NCBI GenBank assembly: GCA_963920595.1
Contig: OY986946.1
Location: 186,001 to 250,000, forward strand
Length of the DNA stretch: 64,000 nt
Origin: Eimeria praecox
Taxonomy: Eukaryota
Direction: 5' to 3'
The translations under genes and the position numbers were made by a program. Shown one piece after another: positions 31,201 to 43,400 of the stretch (positions are counted from its first letter, which is position 1; every line of letters starts with the position of its first letter). The notes beneath the pieces were generated by a model, which saw nothing but the letters and a program-made list of their open reading frames with translations, had not been told where the DNA came from and ran no database searches.

Positions 31201-34200
31201 GAAACCATTTGCACAGACTAAAGGGTTCTTCTTCTTCCGCCTTACCCTATAGCTGTACAGTAGGCTAGGGCTTTCGCAGTGTCTTTTCCGAGACCCACGG
31301 AAATTAAAACAACTTGTGGCGTTTAGGCTACTTGCCGCGGAGCAAAATACGATAATAAGATTGTGCACCAAATGACAAATACACCCATATCCAGGCTGGT
31401 CGACAATGCAAGCAAACATTAGGACGAATACCCTGTAATATTTGAGTCTCCCTTTTGCGTATTGCGCTGCTCATGCGCACCCTTTACCGATTAACTTACA
31501 TCGCTGTTATTATCATAGCTTGCCCTGCACACGCATGCCAAGTAGTGAATTACCCCGTCGTTGTAGAGACGAACGCAAAGCGCGGCAAACGCAAAGCGCT
31601 CCTCCACTTCTCCCCATAATGCTTATACAGAAGCCTGGTCCCATAAACGCGTTCGCACCCCCGCCCAAAGAACCTGAACCCCGGCATTATTCAGACCTCC
31701 GCCGATCAAACACGATTGCTCCTACGCTCATACTGCCTGGAAAAGGCAACACACCACTGGAACTTAACAGGGCACCTTGCCACGCCGCGGCAGCAGGTGC
31801 GCGCAAACAAAACTACACAACGCCACGATGCTCAAGCATGCAGGCGCCCCGCAGGTTTCTCTTTTTTCAATGCTAGCCATTACCTGTACAATCAAATACA
31901 GATCCCCAAGCACTTCTGTGCAGGCGCCATGCGAATCTACGAGATTCGTGTTGCATGCATCGTCATCTATGCTCAGCCGTTCGCCATGAGCATCCCCCAC
32001 ACAACAACTGCCGTCATACCTCATAGGGTTGATCCGCAATTCCACTGACGATTTGACAGAAATCATTGCGTATTCACTGCTCCTTCCTTAGGCATTATGT
32101 TGCATATAAAGTGCTCCATCATTTGAATGGAACCTCTTGGAATCTCAGAGTCTGCCTTCCGGACTCATAGCACGGAGGAACTACTGTCCGAAAAAGAGTA
32201 CGATGAATGCAAAAATACCTCCCAGCTATTCTCATACTGCAACTGCGCATGCCTGTATGTATGCTTCTACACTCCCATGCCTCACATGAGATAGCGTGAA
32301 GCATAGCAGCATGCATGCACTTGCCCGAAAGAGAAACATGCTTCTATGCGCATACTGCCTGCAAAAATCAGTAGCCAATCGTATCTCCAAGAACAGCTGC
32401 CCCACACCGTTTTCGTGTGCATTTCGAGCACGAACAAGTTAAGCCCACAATGCGCACGCATGCAGGCTCCCTAGTGCTCAGTCAAATACTGCGTACACTG
32501 CTTTCGGCAGAAAGAGGTAACTTCAACCAAAGCATGCGAAGCCCGCCGAAGGCCAACGATAATCAAAAATGTTCAGCGCATTCAGGAGGCACCGTGTGCT
32601 TGGAGGCCGAGGGCATGCTTTTCTTTGCCCCTTCATATTATGTTGGAGTGCTACGAACGCTTTGCCCTGAGATGTCAAGCTCGAAGGAATGCCAATAGCA
32701 CGTTCATAAGTTGCACCTCCTCCGAGTCATAGAGGTTAACTACCCTTGCTACAAAAAAAACCGTCTGCACTGCAGGTGCCCCTCGTCTTTGTGATACCTA
32801 ATAACTACACGCTGTGATACCGGTTGCACCTTCGCTTCTGCAAGCGCCAAGCGAATCTGCTCAATTCATGTTTATCCCGCAGCCAGCGGTGGCCTGCCCT
32901 TCTCTGGTCCCGTCGCTGGCTGCCAATAACCTTTCCCACTTATCAGTGAGTAATTGCTCCTCCATTCTCTCATGTATTGCGCTGCACACATACTGCGTCG
33001 CCAATTGATAGCTATCGTTTGTATTGTCACACTCTGCCTCGCAAGCGCATATCCCGTATCGAAGCACCCAGCACCAGCGCATACCAAAACAGGGGACGGG
33101 TAGAGCAAGAGTCCCTACTCCCTCTCTGAAACAGCTCGACAAATCTGGCCGCATCCGCACACATATTCATGCCTGCTCGCGTACTATCTGAAACATATTC
33201 GTATCCACAACAGGGCCCAGAAACTTGATTTGGTCCGGGCGCTTCACGCACCACCTGCAAACAGGTCGAGCTAAGACGCGTTCCTTATCTCAGCAATGGC
33301 GCAGATCTGCTAGCTAATTAGGTCCTTACGCTCTGGGTGATACATCGACCGATCTCAGTGGCCGAGAAAGCTTCACCACACTGTGTGCTTAGGCGTGTGC
33401 GCACAAATTGCTTTAGCCCACGAAAGGGCACACCCACAAGCTTGCTGGCCCTCTTCAGTATGATCACATGGCATCACTTGCGTGCAAAGGAGGGCTTGCT
33501 TCCCTTTTGCCTATTGGAATGCTTTGGGCACTTTCCAGTCAGCCAACCGAAATCGAACCTTTGCCGTGGCGCGATGCGGATTTACAAATTATGTTGGCTG
33601 CGCCGCCAGATTCAGCCCTCGTTTCGCTCCTCCTGTCGCACCTCAAAACCAGGAATACCTTACACAAACGAGACAAGCGCTAATGCTGCTTAATGTACTA
33701 AACACTTGACACAAATCACAGCGTAACCGCTGGACCCTCCTGCCATGCATTTCCCTTGACATCCATTGGCACACCAATTAATCGACTTAGTTTGCTCTGC
33801 TCATTCTTGTCAAGCAAACGTATAGCGCTCTTCAAAGCACGCCATCCCTATAAAAGACACAAGGAGCAAGGGTAAAGCAAATGGAAGTCTCACCTTGAAC
33901 AATGCAAGCGTGCGGATGCCAGCAATTGATCTCTGACGCCAGACACACTGAGACCTCGCAGTACTCGCAGACGCGCAAAGTGGACGCAAAACCTTCTAAA
34001 TGCATACGTCCTGGGAACAAAAATAAGCGATCATAGTGGCGACGAACGGTTTGCCTAGCCGTGGCTGAAATCGTGTAGACCCACAAACCGCATTATCCCA
34101 CGATGATCCTACCTCCGGCTGTGCTAGCTCCGCCAAATATTGTCTGTATTCCTATCCGCAGACGGAACTGCGTTTAACAAATGAAAGCAACACAAGGTGC

Positions 34201-37200
34201 AGTTCAGTATCAACTGTGAAACAAGGCGTCTGACTGCATCGGGCGGCGGCTGCTGTTGGAAGGCAAACGAGAATCGAAAATGCTGGAAGTTTTCAGGGTC
34301 TGTCAGATCAGGGGCCTGACTCCCGCTTACCCCTACCTATTAAGTTGGCCTGCTACCAGCGTTCTGTCACAGGATGCAGAGCTTGATTGAAAATGAGTGA
34401 CACATATGTGTGTTTTACCAACTTGGAAGGTACAACAGCATTACTGGTCTCACAAAGCCAAAAGCACCCGCCTGCAGCGCACGTTGCGCTTTTCCGGTGT
34501 TACCCAGCTGGTGCACAGTGGACGACGGGCTCCGCGTCGTGGGAGCTGCACGCATACATACGCAACTCACGTTGGCCGTGCGCTCGACGGCTACCCGCCC
34601 TTGCGTATTCTCGCCATCCGGAAAATTGCCACTCCCATACATAAACGGGCGGATTGCTAAGGTCAGTGAGGCATTAGAAAAAAGGCATCACGTTGTTGCT
34701 TTTTCCTACAACGGTGCTTCGTGCTGCGGATGCACTGCCCTACCCATTCACTGGCATCACTTACTATTGTGTGGCACTCTGTCTCGCAGGCACATATCGA
34801 GTATCGAAGCAATCTGCCCCAGTAGAAGTCAAACAAAGTCAGAGCTGAAGTTAAAAATGTTGATTCGCTGCACACTGCAACTCCACGAGTATGCGCGTAA
34901 GGGCATACAAGTGTATGCCTGCTCCCATACAAGCTGGATTGTAGCATTGCCACCAACAGCAAAACGACGATATAGTTCGCATCAACACCATCACAGGATG
35001 CTAAATGCTTAGCCCCTCAGCAGGGGCCTGCACCTAGAGGTGTGCATACTCTCTAGACAAAATGGCACGCGATCGCAAGGCCGCGCCTGCACACAAACAA
35101 CTTCGTACCAAGATTCTCACATAGGGAGGATCCATAGCTTGCCGTCGATTACTTTACATGCAGCGGCAGGCGAATCGTACTGCAAGCAGTCCAAGCTTAA
35201 TATCAAGAGCGCAGCAAAGCCGCAGCCTGCACGGACCGGGATCGACGATTCGCTCCACATCGCATCCCGGGTTACAATCACGCATTTGCAGCACTCCCGC
35301 GAGGAATCATGTGCATGTAGGAAACATGATGACATCCCATTTGCATCTACTGTTGCCAAACTGTAAGCACTTTGTACTGAGATAGGGAGCTAAAACAAAA
35401 ATGAACGACACATTCATAAAGTACACCTACTCCGAACAGAAAACCTCCGTACTAGTATCGCCCGGCGAAAAGCATCTGCCTGGTACCCTGTTATGCTTGT
35501 GGCTCTCATTAGCGACACACACAAGCGATTGTGGGCTCCGCAGCTTTTCGTGCAAGCCTCATATGCATTTGCATAATTCATGCTCGTCGCGCTTCCAGCC
35601 ACGGGCATCCCTCGGGTATCGCCGCCCTGTGCAGTACAACAACTGGGCTGGTCGCCATGACACCTAAGCCCTTGCCACAAACCACCATGTGGCCCCTGCT
35701 TCCCCATACAACGTATGGCACTGCATAGACGCCATCTCACCATTACACGAATACATTCTGCAATTTCACTCTCTGTCTTAGAAACGCACATCGCGTTTCG
35801 AAGCACATCGCCCAAGTAATTAGCAGAAAATGGGGCTAAAGGGGGAGGCTGCTCCAGCACACCTTCACACCGCATTCCTAGGGATCTGCACGCAAGCTTA
35901 TCTAGATCCAAGATTGCCACCATGCACGCTGAGGCACAACGGTGTCCGTCACTTCCCCCGGAATATAAGGATTCCTCTAAGCGCATACTTGCTATGCAAA
36001 ACGGCGGGAGATAGTAATGACAGCTTTCTTTTGCTCTAATCACACGACGGGTGTGCCACTGGCTCCATGCTCTCGTTTGTAATTTGCAGGCACGTTTGCA
36101 CAACTCGTGTTGGCCCTTTCGTCAGCCGTGGCCGGTTCATCCGCAGAAGACCTATCATAATGCATATCCAGGTTAAGGTAAGGTTGCCAGTGCTGTTAAA
36201 GTATCTGGCACAAGCCGCAGCGTTATCCTTGTCTCGTTTTTGCAAATACTGAGCTGGCCATATGCCGCCTCACAAGTTCATTGACGGACTTCAAAACGTC
36301 AGGATATGTGCGGCAAAAGCTTGTAGTGTATCGAAAAAAACCCGCCCCAGTGGGCAACAAAGAAGGGCATGCCACAGCAAAACCAGGCTCACTCGTCTGT
36401 ACTTTGTAACTCTCATAATTCGCATGCATGCATATATCTGCATCTATGGACGTTTGCATACAGCCTGAGACGCAGGAGCACCCATATTCGTGCCGTGCAG
36501 ACGGCTTTGTTGCTGATAGAGTAGCTGCTTGGCTAACCACCACATGATCGTTAGCAGTGAGGCCTGTAGACGCCAGCACGCAAGGTGCATAACCCCACAA
36601 AGCTCGCACATGTAGGGTCGCAGACTCGCCGCCCTGTAATGTGGCTGCCTATGCTCCTACAGGCAAACTACACGGATTCTCACAAGGGCAAGCGAAAAAA
36701 ACCGAAGTTCTATACGAAATTCAAAGCTGTGCATCCGGCTGCATGGGGCCTCCCCGCTCAGCCCCTTCTTGTTGGGAGATCAACAAGAGTCAAATCTGTT
36801 CACAACACTCGGAGCAGATCACGGCTATGGCAGCAGCAGATCTGCTTGCCCTTGCCTTCTGGCAACTATGTTGGGATATCACCATCCCCATGCCGTGTCA
36901 TACCCCGCTCGAACGAAACTAATTAACGCCTGAAGGCAAAGATCCTTCTTTAGCCTCGTCACAACAGATACACTCGCCTGCAATGCAGGTTCCTCTTTCG
37001 TTTGTGCTAGCCAATGGATATACAACAGCCTTCCGTCCCGCCTTACACCCATGCAAACACCATAACAATCTACACGATTAATGGTGACGTGCTTGCCGCC
37101 TTTCGCTGTTGTTGCCCTCTGCCGAATGGGTGCCACCATGCATTACTGGGCCTGTCGAAGACCTTATTGCGCCTTTGGTAGAAAGCTAAGCGTAGTCGCT

Positions 37201-40200
37201 GTTTTCCCTCATCACGGACTGCGTTGCGTACATAATGCCTTGCAAATTCGATGGCATCGCTTGCGATCTCGGGCTCTGTCTTGCAAGTGCACTGCGCGGA
37301 TGGAAACACCACGCGCAAGCAGAGAAAAGCAAACGGAGCACGTGCTTTCCTTCACACTGCTCCTCTAAGAACATTGACGCATCCCTATACGCATTTATGC
37401 CTGTTTCCATACAGACTGAAACGTAAATGTATCAATTGCTGCCCCAGGATGTGGATCTGCATCGTGTAATTCGCACTTTCCAGAAAGTACACTCCGCATC
37501 TCCGGGACACTGGTATCAGGCTATTTACATACTCTCTGGCCGAAATAGCGTGCGAGTAGAGTATCGAGCTCGAACGAAAATAAGTAACAGATTGTAGGGT
37601 GCACCTCCACCGAACACAAAACAGCTTACCTAATCCTTGCAACCAGAACCACCCGCCTATACTGTAGATTGGTATTTCTTTTCTGTTGCTCAGCAGCTGC
37701 ACAAAGTAGCAGGCGCCCTATTACTTTCTTTACACGCCCTACGCGGGTCTGCACAGCTTGTGTTGGTCTTCCAGTCAGCTCCTGCCTCCCCATCGCTACT
37801 ATCGTCATCCGCAGAATAACTGTAATCCACAACTGGGATGATCACCAGTAGCGCCAGGTCTTCCGCAAAAAAAACATTAATCTATCGCTGCGTCTTTCTT
37901 TCACGCAATACGCTGCAAATAGGCTGCGCTGCCCATTCACTGGCATACTTGGAAATGGCGTACTCTGTTTCGAAAATTCCGATCACGTGTCGAAAGACTC
38001 CAGGCCAGCAGATACCGGAGACTAGCACGGATAGACAGAAAGAAAATCGTACTTCTCAATATGCAACTCCAGAGATCTGCACGCGCGCAAATCCACATTA
38101 CGGTCAAAGACCCCGAAACGTAACAGTATCATCGCTGTCCCCAGAAATTGTGTTTGCTTCGTCAGCTCCAACCGCGTTGACAGCCGGTTCGGCGCGCACG
38201 TCCCGTGCACTTCCTTAGCTACGGAAGCTATTTATGCGCTCACTCTCTGGCCAAAACAGCGGGGGAATTGGAACTGAGGAGAAGGCTTCGCCACACGGCG
38301 ACTGCTGGTGCGTTCATACAAGCTGCATGAAACTGCGATGCTCACACACAGAGCACGGGTAACTCTTTCCCTAGTACTGCATGCATGCCCCTTGGCAGAG
38401 AGAGTGGATTTCAATTAAGGCGGGTGAGCAAAACCCAAACTAAGTGCCAACTGCAACACCAAGCAGATGGTTTCATAGGGCCTCCTTGGAGAAACGCTTC
38501 TTGTTGGAAGCTGAACGAGATTCAAAATAGTTCTAAACGCTGAAGAAGCATCAGCGCCGTAGAGGTGAACGACCTGCCCCTACGTCGGTGCTGCTTCCTC
38601 AAGCGCAGTAGTATCAACACTCCAACATAAATTGCAAACAAGCTCGAACGAAAATGAGCTTTGACCACCTATGATTCGCAGCTGCTCCCACTGCCCGTGC
38701 GCATCCGCACAATTCGGGTTCGTCGCTCTGTTGTCACGTAGCCGCCCTTAGGCATTCCCCCATAGCCGCAGCAATCAAGCGTACCCGGCAGCTTCAAAGT
38801 GTTACTCATTGTTTGTACAATACAAATTGCCGCGTACTTGTTATTTCTTCGAACCTCGAATTGCGCTTCACGTATACCTTCTCTCCAAATAAAATGTTGC
38901 ATGCCGCGCTGTAGCATTCTGGTGGGCACCTCCTCATTAGGAACTAAAGAAAAGTGCAGATAAACCTACATGAGCTAGTACCTCCCCTTACCTTGCAATT
39001 ACGCACATGCACACACGTAGCGGTACGCATCCACGCCTGTCCACATACAAGCTGAAACGCCAAGGCGGCATAAACTCCTCCGGGAGACTGGATTTGAATG
39101 AAGTGCTTCTCACGTGCTAGAACCTTTCCTGGGTGCCAAACCCTTCTCATCTTCGCGCGCCTAGCAAGTAGCTATTTGCGTACTTTCTGGCCAACATGGC
39201 GTGCGATCATAACGGCATAGGAAGCTCTACCACACCGGGACGCTAGCCGCGCGTATGCAAACTGCATATTTCCGCGGTGTTCATGCATGCAGATTCCTCA
39301 GATCCCCCGCAAGTACTGCTGACACTCGTATGGACAGACGGGGTTGATTCCAGCAAGAGCAAACGTGTCAAGCCCAACCTTGACAATAAGTACAAAACGC
39401 GGCAGCTAGCTGGTTGGGGAGAATTCGGACAGTAGATGTTTGTTGGAAGACCCACGAAAAACGAAAATTTCTAATTGTGTAAAACGCTCGCGACGTTCCA
39501 TGCACGCCAGATCGCGGTGATGCCTCTTGTTTGCCTATCTATACTATATCGTGCTATCAGCACTTTACACTTGACAACCCGAACAACGTTGGGTAACACA
39601 TTTATCTGCTGCACTTCCTCCAAACAAACCTCAGCTTAACTAATTTGGCAGGACTAAGCCTGTCTGCAGTGCAGGCTCAGCTCCCGTTTGTGGCACCGTC
39701 TAGCGGCAGAATGAGCTAGGGGTTCCATATGATTCTGTGCAAAGGCCATGCGGGTTTACACAGTTCATCGTTGTGGCACTTTCGGCCGCTGGCCTGCTTT
39801 TCTCAATTTCCATCATGCGCAAAGCCTCTACCGCGTACGCTAACCAGCGGACCAGCAATGCTACGGAACGCTAGGCGGCAGTCACACCGCTTTCGCTGCC
39901 TCCCCCTACCGCATATACTTTGCAATTCACGCCACCCCAGTGACACAGTTTGTAGTGCCGCATTCTATCTCGCAGGCACGCACTGCACGTCAAACAGCTC
40001 CCGCGCAGTGGATACCACAGAACATCGCGGCTGATGTTAAACCAACTCCTGCTTCCTGTCACACTGCAAGTCCACATTTGGAAGCCAAGGTAGGCGCGCA
40101 TCAACACATGCATTCGTGCGTTCCGTTGGACAGCCCGAAAAGCAAACGCAGGCTTAGCGGTGCCCAGAAGGTGAATGCTCTCATGGTGCATCCTACATGC

Positions 40201-40440
40201 CACTGCGCGTTGGAGCTCCTAGGCACTTCACATCCTCGCACCTCTGGAAGCTAATTATGTGCATACCTCCTGGTAAGCGTAGAGCGTGACTGGAACGGAA
40301 GATGCGGATTCGACACACCGTGCCTGAATACCGGAGGATTCAAGCTGCATACGTCCGCATGACTCACGGCAGCAATGCACGTAGACCCTCCAGTTATCGG
40401 CTGTAGTCTCTGTGCGCCTATCGACAGAATGAGCTGCTTT

Positions 40441-40474
<34 letters not shown>

Positions 40475-43400
40475 AAGGCAAACTTCAATAACAACTGCAA
40501 AACAATGCACCTAATCGCACGAAGCAGGCTTGTCGGATTGGTTCCCGTTAGCGCGATTTTAGATGCTCGAAATGAAGAAATAGCGCGCATGGAGGATAAG
40601 CACGGCATTACTGAGCTTCAAACCCGCTACTGCGTTACGGTTAACCCTAAACAACACCCGACACACAAACACAAGGCGCACGTCGTCTGCACTCGAAGCA
40701 ACCTAACTACTCTCGCCAAACGGTGTCGTAGTTCTGCGCTATGAGTTCCGCGTCCTTTTGTCATCCCCAATACCTAAGCGGCGAGCAACGGATTCCTCGT
40801 CTCCCCGTGCAAGCTCTATGCGAATTTAAGCAATTCCTGAAGTTCACACAGCCGGATGCTGTTAGTGGCCCCCTTAAAGCAACTAACAGAATAACCGGGC
40901 AGACCGCCAACGCTACTAAATATATGGTACAAATCGCTGCTTAATCTCTGCGTGCTGTTACTACTAGCTAAGGTACCCAGATGGTGACTCGCGAATTCAT
41001 TAAGATCGTTTTTAATGTCGGACTCCGTCTCGCGAACGCATAGCGCATGTCGAGGCATCCGGCATCAGTACACGCCGAAGAAAAGCGCAGATAGACAAAA
41101 CGAGCACCCGCTTTCCCTTTCACAGCAACTGCACAGATCTGCGCGTAGGACACCCTGCATATCCACCTGAGTTCGCATACTGCCTACAGCGGAGCAATAC
41201 CCTCAAACGCTCCGAGCAGATGCCTGTGCTGCTCACAGCATCGTTGGTGCGCAAACCATGACAGGATCGAGGGTGCAAAGAAAGCAAAATACTTCCTAAA
41301 CACTTGTTGATAGGCGGATTCAATTTCATCCAGGGCAAATCAACAAACCCCAGGCCAAATACCGGCCGCAGCAGGAGGCAGCTGGCTCCAAGGGCTGTCC
41401 CTTTCGAATCGCGTCTTGTTGGAAACCAGCACGAATCCAGAATCTACAAGCCATGCAAGCTGTGTCTGCTCGAAAAGGACAGCGTAAGTCCTCTGGTTAA
41501 GCCAAAGTTACGCACCTGTGCTCCGAGCTTGCCTTTTCCTTCAGTGCGAGCATACAGGAGAAGCGACGCTCATAGAATGTTTGTTCTGGCATACGATTTC
41601 CCTATTCCCAAACGTCGTGAACGTCTTTCCTTCGCTACTTCCGCCATCCGCAGAACTGGTGCCATCATGCATCACTGGGCTGGTCCGCAGCCCTAGTAAG
41701 CGTTTTGGGTAAAACAACGCGTAGCCGGCTTTCACCCCTATCACGCGCTGCGCTGCAAATGCAATTAAACGATATTATTCATGACGCTAGATTGTGTCGT
41801 GCTAACCCATACCGCGTACTAAAACGCCTTTCACAAGTGCATGTAGTAGAAGAGCACGAGCAGGGTTCTCGTACAAGCTGGAAGGTGGAACACACAACAA
41901 CGGGCGAACGGTTGGAAGCGATTCGGCTACTTCAGAATTGGTGCAAGCTGCATGGCGTGCTGAACGTGCCGCATTTCCGCTCCTCTGGCAGCGAGTTAGA
42001 TGAATACGTTATGGACAAACCCCCGTGCGATCTCAATGCTCGGGAAGGCATCCTCACACAGCGCCCGTAAACACAAGCATGGGCACCTCGTGCACACGTG
42101 TGAGCACATCGGGTCCTTTGCTCACACAGCCAGGTCTACGAGGCTCCTTTTGCTAGATGGAGGCGAGTCCTTGTAAGGCAAACGAGCCAAGCCCAAACCC
42201 TGAATGTCCTGCAAAACAGTGCTTCTGGCCGCACCGGGTGTGCCGGCGAAATCATTTCTACCTGGCAGCCCAATAAGATGAAGACAAAGAAGTGCGCATC
42301 ACCAGCATGCATGACTTTGCGCTGTATTACGTTGGTCTCGGACATTCACGGAAGCGTGTTACAAACATCCTCTGATAAGTCGGTTAGACCGAAACAATGG
42401 AAGTAGCACATCAAGCTGCACCTGTTCCGAAACGAAAACAGAATGGGTTATTCAGCCAAACAGGGAATACTCTACTGAGTTACGAGTTTCGTTTTCTTTT
42501 GTGTTAACCATGCAAGCGCCCCTTAGGTTTAGAGGTCCACGGCTTCTGTTCTTGCCGGCGTTTTGCTATACGCGTTCTCTGCAGAACAGCGAAGATAGCA
42601 TAACGGGTATTGCACCCAGTCGGCATAGACGTTTGACACGAATCACAGATCAGCCATTCATACCTCGTATTACATACTGCTCGGCACATACACTGCCTCA
42701 TCATTTCATTTGCACTGTCTGCAGTGCTAAACGTGGCCGCATCAAAACATGGCACCCACCGGAGCACTGCTTCCATTAGCAATCAAAGCCCAACGCAGGT
42801 AGGTTAAACCAATCTCCATTTCCTTACACTGTTACTCCAGAAATCTTCACGCATGCACACGCACCTTAGTCCCTGTTATCAGACAGTCTGAGATGCAGAA
42901 GCGCCCATACCTAACCATCCCAAGACCTAAGCTCCAAGTGCATACGTCCTGGACGAAGGGGCGACCCGTGGTAAAGCTACACAAAGCTTCTTCACACCAC
43001 GAGTGCAGGTGCAGGCATACAAACTGCATAGCCCCATGATGCCCTCTCATGTAGTCGCTGCACCGTTTGTGCCATTTACTGATTAGTCGACTCCTACCGG
43101 CAGAGGAAGCAACGTATGGACAAGGGAAGCGAACCATGTGGAGGCTCAGTGTCAACTGCAGAACGAGCCAGCTGGCTGTATGGGATGTTCCTGCCGTAAC
43201 ACGTTTGGTTGGACAAACTAGAGAGAGTCGAAAATGTTCAAGATGTTCACCCGGCATGACGGCACTGCAGTCCGACGGCCTACATCCTCTTCGCTTGTGC
43301 CTACGACGCCGCCGTAGCTTACCGGGCACGAACGCAAATGATGCATTCTTACGTTTCGCCTACTGCAGATACAAAGTAGCTTAAGTGTGAATTTATACCC

